From the NCBI GenBank assembly GCA_963783305.1, contig CAWAMW010000002.1, positions 192,001-256,000 of the forward strand: a stretch of 64,000 nucleotides of DNA, written 5' to 3'. This stretch comes from an uncultured Gemmatimonadales bacterium. GTDB taxonomy: Bacteria; Gemmatimonadota; Gemmatimonadetes; Longimicrobiales; RSA9. Under the pieces are notes generated by a model, which had not been told where the DNA came from, did not search any database, and saw nothing but the letters and a program-made list of their open reading frames with translations. The position numbers and the translations under genes are program-made. Numbering within the stretch: the stretch's first letter is position 1; each line of letters begins with the position of its first letter. Positions 1 to 10,588 of the stretch are shown here, one piece after another.

Positions 1-800
1 GGCGAATCCGGGTCGTACTCCCCGCGCTTGGTCCAGACCAGCACGAGGCCACAGCCCGACCGGTCCACGAAGCGGCCTCCCGGCTGCATCGACCCGCGGT
101 ACACCTCTATCCCCTCAATGCTATCGACGTCCACATACGTATCGAGTGACTCAATGGGGGCGTAGCGCCCCTGCATCATCGGGTAGTTGATGCGGCTGCC
201 GTTGAGGTAGATCGCGGGGACGCAGCCGCCGCGCATTCGGACCACCTGCCCCTGGCCATGGCCGCCAGACCCGCTGACGGTCACTCCGGGGACGCCGCGG
301 AGCAGGTCCGTAGCGCGGGCGCCGCCCCGGTGCTCGAGATCCTCGCCGTAGATGAAGTGGCCGAACCCGGATCGCTCACCACCGCGACGGCGGCGCTCGA
401 ACTCGGCCAGATCCGGGTTCGTCCGGGTTCGACCGGTGACGATGATGGGCTCCGGCATCTGTAGCGGCTCGATGACCATCCTCACCCGGACGGTAATCGT
501 GTCGCCGGCCGGGAGATCGAGCGGCTCGGAGGTGACGGTGCCGTAGCCCAGCAGCTCCGCGGTGAGACGCCACGGGCCGGACCGTGGTGCTGTCAGCTGG
601 AAAGCTCCCGATTCGCCGGAGTAAGCGGACGCGGCGCTGGCGCCGGTCCGATCCAGGAGCCGGAGGTACACCCCCGAGAGTGCGGTATCGGCCTCGGGGT
701 CCACCACGCGCCCTGCGATGTTCTGTGCATTCAGCGGAGCGGCGGCCAGAGCGGCGGCCAGCACGAGGAGAGCGTGGAGGTGTTGGGTTCGGCAGATCAT
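1..800 (-). CDS. Secreted carboxypeptidase-regulatory-like domain + TonB-receptor plug-like domain protein (3' end runs off window)
   Basis: Not in ORF track. Hand translation from ATG at 800: MICRTQHLHALLVLAAALAAAPLNAQ (signal peptide), IAGRVVD...LGY, then DLLRGVPGV...CVPAIYLNG...IEGIEVYRG...CGLVLVWTK; open to position 1. Confidence 0.8.
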   Translation of the reverse strand, partial: MICRTQHLHALLVLAAALAAAPLNAQNIAGRVVDPEADTALSGVYLRLLDRTGASAASAYSGESGAFQLTAPRSGPWRLTAELLGYGTVTSEPLDLPAGDTITVRVRMVIEPLQMPEPIIVTGRTRTNPDLAEFERRRRGGERSGFGHFIYGEDLEHRGGARATDLLRGVPGVTVSGSGGHGQGQVVRMRGGCVPAIYLNGSRINYPMMQGRYAPIESLDTYVDVDSIEGIEVYRGSMQPGGRFVDRSGCGLVLVWTKRGEYDPDS

Positions 801-1041
801 GGGATCGAGCGTTGGGTTATCCGGGTCGTCGTGTCCGCCAGCCGTGCCGGAGCCGTGTGTCGGGCTGGCTCACCCATTGAACGCTCCACGGCGAGGATTT
901 CTGCCACCCCCTGATCGCATGGCGCCGCAGGGGGGCCATCTCGCGTCGGTATTCGTATCGCTCGCGACGCGAGCCTCCCGGTGCCTTGCCGCTTCGTGCA
1001 TCTTCCGAGCCGGACCAAGGCCTACCCGCACACACATGTGA

Positions 1042-1166
1042 ATCGTGGAGATCCACCCTGGTTCCATGGCGACATGGCCATCGTCATGGAGAGCGGTGAG
1101 CAGGTGAACACGACCCGGGCCTATCGCGACGGCATCAAGAAGATCCTGGACAACCGCAGCGAGTGA
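1042..1166 (+). pseudogene. C-terminal remnant of a LytTR-domain response regulator
   Basis: Reads IVEIH/PWFHGDMAIVMESGEQVNTTRAYRDGIKKIL with a one-base frameshift at ~1057; resembles LytTR C-terminus (PWFHGD...L.DG..L..SR.YR); no upstream coding part. Confidence 0.6.
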
Positions 1167-1184
1167 CCCGCGGCCGCGCTGCGG

Positions 1185-2198
1185 TCACTGGGGACCGTCG
1201 GGCTGGTACCGCGGCGGGATCGGCAGGTCCGGTCGCGCGGGGGCCCAGGCGAGACTGGCCACCCACCAGCGCTCCCCGTCGTGAAGGAGCTGGATGCTGT
1301 TGAGCCCGCTCAGCACCGGCTCTTCCGTCCCCTCCTGATACCCCTCGTACGTGCTGAAGACGTGCGCAACATCGCCGAACCGCTCCACCCGCCGCGCCAC
1401 CTCCCTCTCCCGGAACCCGAGCCTCTCGATCACCGGCCCCGAGCTCCGGATGTAGTCCTCCACGGTCAGCGCCCTGTGCACGACGCGACCGTCGGAGGCA
1501 CGCTGGACGGGGAGCATCCGGGCGGTGGGGAGGAAGAGGCTGCGGAGGCGATCCCAGTCCCGGGGCTCCCCGGCGGGCCCGGACAGCACGTCGTAGAGCG
1601 CCGCCACAATGGCGTCCACGCTCTCCACGTCCCCGGGTCGTGGCGCGGGGATCCGCTCGCCGCCGGGCGGTGGATCCGCGAGGTATCCGCCGGGATAGCC
1701 GGTGACGAGGGTGCGAACATCGTCCGGGTCCACGGTCACCACGTACACGCGCCCATACTCATCGTCCGCGATGGGCCCCGCGGGATCGCCGCCCAGGAGC
1801 TCGACGAGCGCCGGCGTGGTGTTGCTGTGTCCCACGACGAGGGGACGTCCCCCCTGCTCCAGCAGGTGCGCCGCGAAGGCGCGCAGCTCCGACGGGTCGT
1901 AGTCGCGTACGGTGAGATGGGTGGCCGCGGCCACCGCAGCTGCCGTGCCCTGCGTGCGGCGGTACGGCGTCGCGTGAATCGCGGTGAGGCCCGTGCCGGC
2001 GAGCATCCTCACCAGACGCTCCGCCCGCTGGCGACCTGCATCCGACAGCGGTGGGTCCTGCGTGCCGTCCGGGTCCGTCTCCGCGTGCCGCACCAGGTAC
2101 ACCACCGTGGGCGCGACATCCTGCGCGTGCAGGGCGACCGGCGCCAGGGTGAGCAGGGCGGCCGTAATGACGAGCGTATGCGTCAGGATCCGCGGCAT
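1185..2198 (-). CDS. Secreted histidine phosphatase (SixA/PGM-like) fused to a C-terminal NTF2/SnoaL-like domain
   Basis: Signal peptide; LVRHAE, RRTQGTA and VVGHSNT motifs; second domain with YDVLSGPAG..RDWDR..GLNSIQL..RWWV. Confidence 0.8.
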   Translation of the reverse strand: MPRILTHTLVITAALLTLAPVALHAQDVAPTVVYLVRHAETDPDGTQDPPLSDAGRQRAERLVRMLAGTGLTAIHATPYRRTQGTAAAVAAATHLTVRDYDPSELRAFAAHLLEQGGRPLVVGHSNTTPALVELLGGDPAGPIADDEYGRVYVVTVDPDDVRTLVTGYPGGYLADPPPGGERIPAPRPGDVESVDAIVAALYDVLSGPAGEPRDWDRLRSLFLPTARMLPVQRASDGRVVHRALTVEDYIRSSGPVIERLGFREREVARRVERFGDVAHVFSTYEGYQEGTEEPVLSGLNSIQLLHDGERWWVASLAWAPARPDLPIPPRYQPDGPQ

Positions 2199-2348
2199 TC
2201 GATCTCCTCGAGATGATGGATGGCGCCCGCCGTCACGTGCGCGCCGCCCATCATACCCGCCCGTGCCGCCCCCCGCACAGGAGGAAGGCACGAGACGGGC
2301 GGAGCGTGGTGTGGAAGCTGGCCACGCCGGTGCCGCAGGGTTGTGGAG

Positions 2349-3326
2349 CTATGCGCCGTCGAACGCCGGTGTGCACACCGCCGCGGCGGCGGCCAGGGCG
2401 CTGGGCGCCGTCATCGCGTCCCGGGCGGCGACGGTGGCGGGTATGCGACCCGGCACCACGAGAACGGGGATCGGGCACCCACGCACCACAGCCTCGGCGA
2501 CGTTCCCGAGCACCAGTCCGGGGAGCCCACCACGGTAGCGGCAGCCGTGGGCGATGAGGCCAACTCCTAGCGCGGCCGCCGTCCGCATGATGGCCGCTGG
2601 GACGTCGGAGGACTGAAGAACGTGAGTATCGGTGGGAAGACCCCGTGAGCGGGCACCCGCTGCCACATGCCCGAGATACCGTTTCGCTTCGTAGAGGTCC
2701 GCCTCCGCACACCCCGGTCGAACGACGCGCAGGAACGAGACGCCCGCCTTGAACAACCGGGCCAGCTCGATGGCCGGGCCGAGCACGGCCTCCGCCCGGG
2801 CTGATCCGTCGAGGGACACGAGCACACGGTCGAGTTCGGGCGTGGAAGCGGTGTCTCTGGCCTCCTCGTGATCGCAGGCGCGAATCACCAGGACGGGAAC
2901 CGAGGAGAGGCGGAGGAAGGCGTGCGTCACGCTCCCGAGCCACGCCCGCTGGAGTGGCTGGAGTGCGCGCGTGGCCATGACGACCAGCGATGCGCCCGCG
3001 TCCGCGGCGTCGCGGGCGATGGTGGCGGCAGGTGGACCGCGCAGGAGGGCCGTGCGGACGGGGAGATCTGCGCCCGCTCCTGGGAGGCTCTCGCCGCTCT
3101 CCCTGAGGTATCTCGATTCCCTCTCCCGGGTTTCCTCGGCCATGCGCTGGAGCGAGGCGCGTATGCGCTCGCCCAGGACCTCCTGACTGGTGGGAATCCG
3201 GATGGGAACGTGTACGTGAACGAGCCGCAGGCTGCCGCCGGATCGCTCGGCGATCGCCCGGGCCCAGGGAAGCGCCCCCTCGGAGGCGGGTGTGCCGTCC
3301 AGGGGGACCACGACGTTGGCGTACAT
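2349..3326 (-). CDS. Universal stress protein (tandem USP domains)
   Basis: Two VVPLDG/VSLDGS starts and two LGSV/LGNV..PVLV ends; start taken at MYANVVVP. Confidence 0.9.
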   Translation of the reverse strand: MYANVVVPLDGTPASEGALPWARAIAERSGGSLRLVHVHVPIRIPTSQEVLGERIRASLQRMAEETRERESRYLRESGESLPGAGADLPVRTALLRGPPAATIARDAADAGASLVVMATRALQPLQRAWLGSVTHAFLRLSSVPVLVIRACDHEEARDTASTPELDRVLVSLDGSARAEAVLGPAIELARLFKAGVSFLRVVRPGCAEADLYEAKRYLGHVAAGARSRGLPTDTHVLQSSDVPAAIMRTAAALGVGLIAHGCRYRGGLPGLVLGNVAEAVVRGCPIPVLVVPGRIPATVAARDAMTAPSALAAAAAVCTPAFDGA

Positions 3327-3508
3327 TGGCGTGACAAGGTTCGCGTTCGACGCGCCACCCCCCAAACCCCGCCCCGCTTCCGGGCGACGGTCCCCGCGCT
3401 CGCGCGGATGGCCGCCCGCCCCGCTAAAGAAAAGGTACGCCCCCGGCGAAGCTGTGGAAAGACGGCCTGGACGGGGACTCGCCAACCGGGGTTGAACATG
3501 TCACATTG

Positions 3509-3575
3509 TCGGTGAAGCCCAGGACTCGCACACAGGGTCGCACGGGTCGGCACGCCGACCCGCTCGACGACGAGC
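3509..3575 (+). promoter_or_regulatory. Structured leader of the ATPase operon with mutually exclusive hairpins (candidate riboswitch)
   Basis: TCGGTG..hairpin..GGTCG-GCAC-GCCGA; alternative IR CGGGTCGGC/GCCGACCCG (3543-3562); GCTCG/CGAGC hairpin (3562-3575) just before ATG 3577. Confidence 0.4.
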
Positions 3576-3576
3576 A

Positions 3577-4332
3577 ATGACCCGATCGAATACGTCGCGC
3601 AGCTCGGCGACACCTCCGGCCGCACCGGAGGGCGGGGAGCCCGACGGCTCCTCGCTGGAATCCTTTGTCGCGCAGCTCCAAACCGAGGGCGTGGAGGCCG
3701 GGCGAAAGGAAGCGGAGCACCTGATCGCGGCCGCGCAGGCGGAGGCGGCGGAGATCGTCCGTCGCGCCAGATCCGAGGCGGAAGGGATCGTGGGCGTGGC
3801 ACAGGACCGCGCGGTGGAAGCGGAGGCCCGAGGGCGGGTAGCGCTGGAGCTCGCCATCCGCGACGCGCTGCTCCAGCTGCAGGCGGCGCTCACCGAGGTT
3901 CTCAGTGTCGCCCTGGCCCATGGCGTACGGGCCAGCCTCTCGGACACCGGCCTCCTGGAAAAGCTGCTCGAGCACGTCGTGTCTTCGTACGCCAGTGCCA
4001 ATGCCGCCGGTCGCGTGAAGGAGCTACGCGTGCCGCGCCAGTTGAACGCGCCCTTTACCGCCTGGTGGCAGAACCAACTGGCGACGGCCCTTTCCGGAAA
4101 CCACGGGGCCCCGGCGCTCACGGCGGTGCTGGAGGACGCCGGCTTCGAGTACCGGCTGTCCGAGGGGGGCACCGTGGAGGTGAGCGTGGAGTCCACGGTC
4201 GAGAAGCTGATGGAGCTCGTTCGGCCCGGACTGCGCGAGCTGGTGGCCGCGGCGGGCGCGGAGCTCAGCTCGTCGCGACCGCTCTCCACCGCCGACGATC
4301 TGGTGCCGGTCGCGAGCGCGCGAGGCGGGTGA
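3577..4332 (+). CDS. ntpE: V/A-type ATPase subunit E
   Basis: QLQTEGVEAG..EAE..I..A..EA coiled-coil N-terminus; first gene of ATPase operon. Confidence 0.85.
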   Translation: MTRSNTSRSSATPPAAPEGGEPDGSSLESFVAQLQTEGVEAGRKEAEHLIAAAQAEAAEIVRRARSEAEGIVGVAQDRAVEAEARGRVALELAIRDALLQLQAALTEVLSVALAHGVRASLSDTGLLEKLLEHVVSSYASANAAGRVKELRVPRQLNAPFTAWWQNQLATALSGNHGAPALTAVLEDAGFEYRLSEGGTVEVSVESTVEKLMELVRPGLRELVAAAGAELSSSRPLSTADDLVPVASARGG

Positions 4333-4343
4333 GGCCGCCTTCC

Positions 4344-5054
4344 ATGGGAGCCGACAACTACGCCGCGCTGGCATCGCTGCCGGCACTGGATCCGCCCCCG
4401 GCCGCTCCGCCGTTCTCGCTGGGTGAGCTGCTGGAGCGGGCGCCCCCCGGTCGGGCCATGGAGCTGACGCGGTGCATCCTCCTCGGCGACGATCTGCTCC
4501 AGCGCGAGGCCGTAATGTCCGGGGAGATGGAGCGACCCGAGCCGGCCGTGCTCTCGCTCGACCAGGCCACGGGTGCCGCGCCGCTCCCGGAGTTCCTCAC
4601 CCCCGGTGAAGCCACGGTCAGCCTCGGCGAAGCCGCGGCCTCCATCATTCCCGCCGACACGACGTGGAGCGCCTACTATCGCCACGCGGGAGCGCTCGCC
4701 GTCACCACCGGCAGCCGGTTTCTGCTGGCATGGGCGCGCGCGGACGTAACGCTCCGCAACGGCCTGGCCACCGCACGCGCGCGGGCGCTGGGGCTGGACC
4801 CGGCCGGATACCTGGTGGCGCAGGAGCTCGAGGAGGCGGGACCGGAGACCGACGCCATGGTGGCGGCGTGGTCCGGCGCGCCGGACCCATTGGAGGGGCT
4901 CCGCTCGCTGCTGGCCGCGCGCTGGGCGTGGGTGGAGCGGCACGAGCCGTGGTTCACGTTCCGGGATGACGAGCTCGCCGCATACGCCGCCAAGCTCGTC
5001 CTGCTCCACCGCTGGGGACGCGCGGCCACGGCCGAACGGGGGGCAAAGCGATGA
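4344..5054 (+). CDS. DUF2764-like protein (V-type ATPase subunit C equivalent)
   Basis: NYAALASLPAL start and LAAYAAKLVLLHRW end; lies between E and A; ATGA overlap with A. Confidence 0.75.
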   Translation: MGADNYAALASLPALDPPPAAPPFSLGELLERAPPGRAMELTRCILLGDDLLQREAVMSGEMERPEPAVLSLDQATGAAPLPEFLTPGEATVSLGEAAASIIPADTTWSAYYRHAGALAVTTGSRFLLAWARADVTLRNGLATARARALGLDPAGYLVAQELEEAGPETDAMVAAWSGAPDPLEGLRSLLAARWAWVERHEPWFTFRDDELAAYAAKLVLLHRWGRAATAERGAKR

Positions 5055-6799
5055 AGGGCCACATCACGGCGGTCTACGGGAACATGGTGGTGGCGGAGGC
5101 GACGGGGCATCTCGTGCAGAACGCGGTCGCCCGCTGCTGTCGATCGGATGGGGCGCGCCTCATGAGCGAGGTGATCCGGATCCGCGGTCATCGCGCGGAT
5201 CTCCAGGTCTTCGAGGAGACGCGCGGCCTCAGGATCGGCGACCCGGTGGAGTTCGGGAGCGAGCTTCTCTCGGTCGCGCTGGGGCCGGGACTGCTGGGCC
5301 AGATCTATGATGGGCTGCAGAACCCGCTCCCGGAGCTGGCGAAGAGCTCGGGTTTCTTCCTGCAGGCCGGCGAGGTGATCCCGGGTCTGCCGCAGGAAAA
5401 GGCGTGGCGGTTCACTCCGCGCGTCCAAGCCGGCGACCTGGTGCATGCGGGGGACCCCCTCGGCAGTGTGCCCGAGAGTATCCATGATCACCTCGTGCAG
5501 GTGCCCATGGCCTTGCGCGGTCGCTTCACCGTGGTCTCGATGGCCGAACCCGGGCATTACGTGGTTTCGGAGACCATCGCGATCCTTCGCGATGACCGGG
5601 GTGAGGAGCACGAGGTCACGATGCAGCAGCGTTGGCCGGTCAAGCTGCCGCTGGTCGCCGCCCGCCGACGGCTCCTGCCCTCCGAGCCGCTCGTCACGCG
5701 GGTCCGGATCATCGACTCGCTCTTCCCGGTCGTGCGCGGCGGGACCTACTGCATCCCCGGGCCGTTCGGTGCCGGCAAGACGGTGCTGCAACAGGTCATG
5801 TCCCGCCACGCGGAGGTGGACGTCGTGATCGTGGCCGCGTGCGGGGAGCGGGCGGGCGAGGTGGTGGAGACGATCCGGGAGCTACCCACGCTCCAGGACC
5901 CCCGTACCGGTCGAACGCTGATGGAGCGAACCATCATCATCTGCAACACGTCCGCCATGCCCGTGGCGGCGCGGGAGGCCTCGGTATACACGGCGGTCAC
6001 GCTGGGTGAGTACTACCGGCAGATGGGGCTCCACGTGCTGCTCCTGGCCGACTCCACGTCACGCTGGGCCCAGGCGATGCGCGAGCTCTCCGGACGCCTG
6101 GAAGAGATCCCCGGGGAGGAAGCGTTCCCCGCGTACCTGGAGAGCCGGATCGCCGCGTTCTACGAGCGCGCGGGTGCGATCGAGCTGCGGGACGGCCGCA
6201 TCGGCACGCTCACCATCGGCGGCACGGTGAGTCCGGCCGGCGGCAATTTCGAGGAGCCCGTGACGCAGGCGACGCTGAAGGTCGTGGGCGCGTTCCACGG
6301 GCTGTCGAGCGCCCGGGCCAACGCCCGCCGGTTCCCCGCCATCGATGCGCTGGAGTCGTGGAGCAAGTACCCGGGCGTTGTGGATCCGGATCGTGCGGCG
6401 GCGGCCCGCGCGCTGCTTCGGCGCGGCGACGAGGTGCGGCAGATGATGGCGGTGGTGGGGGAAGAAGGGATCTCGGTGGAGGACTTCGTCGTCACGCTCA
6501 AGGCGGAGCTGCTGGACGCCTGCTACCTCCAGCAGAACGCGTTCGACGTCGTGGACGGGGCTACGCCGGCGAAGCGGCAGCGCCTCGTGTTCGACACGGT
6601 CATGCAGGTGCTCGAGCTGGAGTTCGAGTTCGAGACGAAGGACGAGGCCCGGGAGTCGCTGCTCCGCGCCACCGACCTCTTCCGCAGCTGGAACTACGCG
6701 GCGGCGGGCACCGAGGAGTACGATCGAGCCATGCACCGGATCGACCAGTTCATCCAGCGGGACGGGGCGCGGCCGGGACCGCGGCTGGAGGAGTCGTGA
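5051..6799 (+). CDS. ntpA: V/A-type ATPase subunit A
   Basis: Walker [40 protein letters not shown]. Confidence 0.97.
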   Translation: MKGHITAVYGNMVVAEATGHLVQNAVARCCRSDGARLMSEVIRIRGHRADLQVFEETRGLRIGDPVEFGSELLSVALGPGLLGQIYDGLQNPLPELAKSSGFFLQAGEVIPGLPQEKAWRFTPRVQAGDLVHAGDPLGSVPESIHDHLVQVPMALRGRFTVVSMAEPGHYVVSETIAILRDDRGEEHEVTMQQRWPVKLPLVAARRRLLPSEPLVTRVRIIDSLFPVVRGGTYCIPGPFGAGKTVLQQVMSRHAEVDVVIVAACGERAGEVVETIRELPTLQDPRTGRTLMERTIIICNTSAMPVAAREASVYTAVTLGEYYRQMGLHVLLLADSTSRWAQAMRELSGRLEEIPGEEAFPAYLESRIAAFYERAGAIELRDGRIGTLTIGGTVSPAGGNFEEPVTQATLKVVGAFHGLSSARANARRFPAIDALESWSKYPGVVDPDRAAAARALLRRGDEVRQMMAVVGEEGISVEDFVVTLKAELLDACYLQQNAFDVVDGATPAKRQRLVFDTVMQVLELEFEFETKDEARESLLRATDLFRSWNYAAAGTEEYDRAMHRIDQFIQRDGARPGPRLEES

Positions 6800-8112
6800 G
6801 GAAATACTTCGACACCATCACCGGCATCGCCGGGAGCGTCGTGAACGTGCGCGCCAACGGTGCCGGATACGAGGAGCTGGCGGTGGTGACGGGTGCGGAG
6901 ACCAGCTCTCTGGCGCAGGTGATCCGGCTGGAGGACGACCTGGTGAGCCTCCAGGTGTTCTCCGGCACCCGCGGCGTGTCCACCGGGGACCGGATCCGGT
7001 TCCTGGGCAAGCCCATGAGAGTCCCCTTCTCCGACGCGCTGCTCGGCCGCGTATTCGATGGCGCGGCCCGGCCCCGCGACGGACGACCGGAGCCGGAGGG
7101 CGAGGAGGTCGAGGTCGGGTCACCCGTCGTGAACCCCGTGCTCCGGAAGCTGCCGAGCCGGATGATCCACACGGGCATCCCCATGATCGACGTCTTCAAC
7201 TCGCTGGTGGAGTCCCAGAAGCTGCCCATTTTTTCCGTTCCCGGCGAGCCATACAACGAGCTGCTGGCCCGGGTGGGACTGCAGGCCAGCGCGGAGGTGG
7301 TCGTGTTCGGCGGCATGGGGCTGCGACACGACGATTTCCTCGGCTTCCGCTCCGCCTTCGAGGAGGGCGGCGTCGCGGACCGCACCATCATGTTCGTCCA
7401 TACCGCCTCCGACGCCACGGTGGAGTGCATGATGGTGCCGGACCTGTGCCTGGCGGTGGCCGAGAGCTACGCGCTCCAGGGGCGGCGGGTGCTGGTCCTC
7501 CTGACCGACATGACCGCATTCGCCGACGCACTCAAGGAGATCGCCATCACCATGGAGCAGATTCCTTCGAATCGCGGCTATCCGGGCGACCTCTACACAC
7601 AGCTGGCCCGCCGCTACGAGAAGGCGGTGGACTTCGAGGGCGCCGGGTCGGTCACCGTGCTCTCCTGTACGACCATGCCCGGAGACGACGTCACCCACCC
7701 CGTTCCGGACAACACCGGCTACATCACCGAGGGTCAGTTCTACCTGCGGCACGGCCGCATCGACCCGTTCGGCTCGCTCTCGCGGCTCAAGCAGCTGGTG
7801 AACGGCGAGACCCGTGACGACCATCGCGCGATCATGGACGGCTGCATCCAGCTCTACGCCGGGACCCGCGAGAGTCGGGAGAAGCGGGAGATGGGGTTCG
7901 ACCTCACCGCATGGGACGAGAAGCTGCTCCGTTTCGGTCAGCAGTTCGAGACGCGCATCATGGACCTGGCCGTGGACGTTCCCCTCGAGCAGGCGCTGGA
8001 TCGGTGCTGGGAGATCCTCGCGGAGTGCTTCGACCCGGTGGAGACCGGCATCCGACGGAGCATCATCGAGGGGCACTGGCCCCTTCCCCTGGCCGACGTG
8101 GACGTCGCCTGA
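6796..8112 (+). CDS. ntpB: V/A-type ATPase subunit B
   Basis: GTG start overlapping A stop; [30 protein letters not shown]. Confidence 0.97.
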   Translation: MRKYFDTITGIAGSVVNVRANGAGYEELAVVTGAETSSLAQVIRLEDDLVSLQVFSGTRGVSTGDRIRFLGKPMRVPFSDALLGRVFDGAARPRDGRPEPEGEEVEVGSPVVNPVLRKLPSRMIHTGIPMIDVFNSLVESQKLPIFSVPGEPYNELLARVGLQASAEVVVFGGMGLRHDDFLGFRSAFEEGGVADRTIMFVHTASDATVECMMVPDLCLAVAESYALQGRRVLVLLTDMTAFADALKEIAITMEQIPSNRGYPGDLYTQLARRYEKAVDFEGAGSVTVLSCTTMPGDDVTHPVPDNTGYITEGQFYLRHGRIDPFGSLSRLKQLVNGETRDDHRAIMDGCIQLYAGTRESREKREMGFDLTAWDEKLLRFGQQFETRIMDLAVDVPLEQALDRCWEILAECFDPVETGIRRSIIEGHWPLPLADVDVA

Positions 8113-8114
8113 CC

Positions 8115-8753
8115 ATGGCCGGCGTGCCGTTGAACCGACTGGGCCTCAAGCGGGAGCGGGAGCGGCTCGCCCGCTTCGAGCGATTCCTCCCCGCGCTGCG
8201 GCTGCGGCAGCAGCAGATCCAGCTCATGCTGCGGAAGTCCGAAGCAGCGCTGGGCGGAGCGCGGGAGCGTCTCGATGATGCCACGGCGACCTTTGACGCG
8301 TACCGCCCCGTCCTCGGAGACCGGGCCGGGGTGAACGTACCGGCGCTCGCGGAGCCCGCGGAGGTGCGGGTGGGCTCCACCAGCGTGGCCGGGGTGCGGG
8401 TGCCGGTGCTGGAAGCGGTGGTGTTCGAAGACGTCGCATACAGCCTGTTCGCCACCCCGCCGTGGGTGGACCGCGCCATCGCCGACCTCCGGACGCTGGC
8501 GCGCTGCCGGGCGGAAGTCGACGTGCTGGAGCGGCAGCAGGGACTTCTCCGGCGCGAGCTCACCCGGGTCGTGCAGCGTGTCAACCTGTTCGAGAAGGTC
8601 AAGATCCCGCAGACACGCCAGAGGATCCAGCGGATCCGGGTCCACCTCGGCGACGAAATGGCGGCCGCGGTGGGTCGCTCCAAGATCGCGAAGGGCCGCC
8701 TCCCGGACCGCGTGCCGGCGGAAGCCAGTCCCGAGCCCGGGAGCGCTCCATGA
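8115..8753 (+). CDS. ntpD: V/A-type ATPase subunit D
   Basis: RFLPALRL..Q and QRVNLFEKVKIP motifs. Confidence 0.93.
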   Translation: MAGVPLNRLGLKRERERLARFERFLPALRLRQQQIQLMLRKSEAALGGARERLDDATATFDAYRPVLGDRAGVNVPALAEPAEVRVGSTSVAGVRVPVLEAVVFEDVAYSLFATPPWVDRAIADLRTLARCRAEVDVLERQQGLLRRELTRVVQRVNLFEKVKIPQTRQRIQRIRVHLGDEMAAAVGRSKIAKGRLPDRVPAEASPEPGSAP

Positions 8754-10588
8754 TCGTTCCCATGGTCCGGGCGTTGGCCGCCTGCCGGCAGGAGGACCGC
8801 GACGCCCTGCTCCGACGGCTGCGGTCCCTCGGCGCCCTCCACATCGTGCCCATTGGGGGCGATCCGGTGCCATCCGGCCCGGACTCCAGGGATGAGCACG
8901 TACGCGGGCTGGACGCGGCGCTTCGACTGCTCCGTCCCATCCAGCCGGAGGGCCCACGTCCAGCGATCACGGGGGCGGAGGCCGCCGCGGAAGTGCTCGC
9001 GATCAGCCAGCGGGCCGATTCCGCCCGTGCGCGCATGGACGCGCTCCACCGGGAGGCGGAGCGGATCCGGATCTGGGGCGATGTGCGAGTGGCGCAGCTC
9101 CGGTCGCTGGCGGATGCGGGGCTGGAGCTTCACGTGCTCATCGTGCCGGAAGCGGAGGTGTCGTCGCTGCGCGGCCGCGTGGTCCACCCCCTCCAGGCGC
9201 TCGGGCACCGGCGGCGGCTCGTAGCCCTGGTGGGCCCGGCCGAGAGCCTGCCGGAGTCGGTGGAAGAGCTCCCGCCGCCGACCCGCGACCGGGACGCGAT
9301 CCGCGCCGAGGCGGCCACCAACGAGCGCTCGCTCGCCGCAGACCGAACGCGCCTCGCCGCTCTGGCATGGCACCGGGAGTCCATCGAGGAAGAGCGGGAA
9401 CGACGGCTCGACGAGAACCGGTGGGAGTCGGTGATCCGGAGCGGCCTCGCCGATGGCGCGCTATTCGGCCTTCAGGGGTGGATCCCGGAGGACAGGGCCG
9501 CCGCGCTGCCCCCGGCCCTCACAACGGACGGCCTGGCCGTAGCGGTCCGGATCGCCGCCCCCGCTCCCGACGACCGCCCGCCAACATTGATCCGCTACCG
9601 CCAATGGGCACGCCCCGTGGACGCTCTCTTCCGTGCGCTCAACATGGTGCCGGGCTACGACGAGGTGGACGCCAGCAGCGTCTTCATGGTGGCGATCCCC
9701 GCCTTCGCCGGCATGATCATCGGCGACGCCGGGTACGGCCTCCTCTTCATCGCTGCCGCCCTTCTCGCCGGCCGCCGCCTCGCCCGGAAGCTGGGTCCCG
9801 AGGTCCCCGTGCTGATCGGCGTGTTCGGACTCGCCGCGCTGGCCTGGGGCGCCCTCACGGGGGTCTGGTTCGGTCTCACACCCGCCCAGCTAATGGCCCA
9901 CGGCGATGGCGCCGTGGCCGCCGTGGGCTCGGTCCTCGACCGCCTCCAGCGGGTCCGCGGCACGGAGCAGGAGATGCGGACGCTGCTCATCGAGATCTGC
10001 TTCGTCATCGGCGCGTCCCACCTGATCGTGGCACACGTCCGCCGTGCCCTGGACTATGCGCCCGACCCGCGTGCGCTGGCGGAGATCGGCTGGTGCGTGG
10101 TCCTCACCGGCATGCTGGGTGTCATCTGGATCCTCTTCTTCGGCAGCGACAGCGTGCCGGGGTGGCTGGGGACCGGGTCCGTGATCGAGCTGGGCGCGGG
10201 CGTCGGGCTGGTAGCGTGGTTCAGCGCGCCGAACCCGTCGATCGGGAAGCGGCTTGGGCTCGGCCTGGCGGGGAGCCTGCTCCCCTTCCTCGGTACGTTC
10301 AGTGACACGCTCAGCTACATCCGGCTCATGGCCGTGGGTCTGGCGAGCTACTACCTGGGCGCGACCTTCAACCTGCTCGCCGCGTCCCTCGCAGAATCGA
10401 CCTCCTGGATCTTCGGCGGTCTCGTTCTGGTGGGGGGGCACGGGCTGAACATCGCGCTGATCGCCATCGCCATCTTCGCCCACGGAGTGCGTCTCAACGT
10501 GCTCGAGTTCTCGAGCAATGCCGGCATCCACTGGACCGGGCACCCATACCGGCCCTTCTCCGACAGACTCGTCAAGGATCAGCAATGA
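8750..10588 (+). CDS. ntpI: V/A-type ATPase subunit I (a)
   Basis: MIVPM start, GWIP, PGYDEVD, GDAGYG, SYIRLMA (essential Arg), HGVRLNVLEF. Confidence 0.95.
   Translation: MIVPMVRALAACRQEDRDALLRRLRSLGALHIVPIGGDPVPSGPDSRDEHVRGLDAALRLLRPIQPEGPRPAITGAEAAAEVLAISQRADSARARMDALHREAERIRIWGDVRVAQLRSLADAGLELHVLIVPEAEVSSLRGRVVHPLQALGHRRRLVALVGPAESLPESVEELPPPTRDRDAIRAEAATNERSLAADRTRLAALAWHRESIEEERERRLDENRWESVIRSGLADGALFGLQGWIPEDRAAALPPALTTDGLAVAVRIAAPAPDDRPPTLIRYRQWARPVDALFRALNMVPGYDEVDASSVFMVAIPAFAGMIIGDAGYGLLFIAAALLAGRRLARKLGPEVPVLIGVFGLAALAWGALTGVWFGLTPAQLMAHGDGAVAAVGSVLDRLQRVRGTEQEMRTLLIEICFVIGASHLIVAHVRRALDYAPDPRALAEIGWCVVLTGMLGVIWILFFGSDSVPGWLGTGSVIELGAGVGLVAWFSAPNPSIGKRLGLGLAGSLLPFLGTFSDTLSYIRLMAVGLASYYLGATFNLLAASLAESTSWIFGGLVLVGGHGLNIALIAIAIFAHGVRLNVLEFSSNAGIHWTGHPYRPFSDRLVKDQQ

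Noticed and set aside
3492..3506. CRP/FNR-like site GTTGA-ACATG-TCACA
   Set aside because: Spacer is 5 rather than 6 bp and one half-site is weak
6358..6795. Long N-terminal extensions in ORF-track calls (e.g. ntpB, ntpI, arsR, tamA)
   Set aside because: They overlap upstream genes or lack homology; downstream coupled starts fit better
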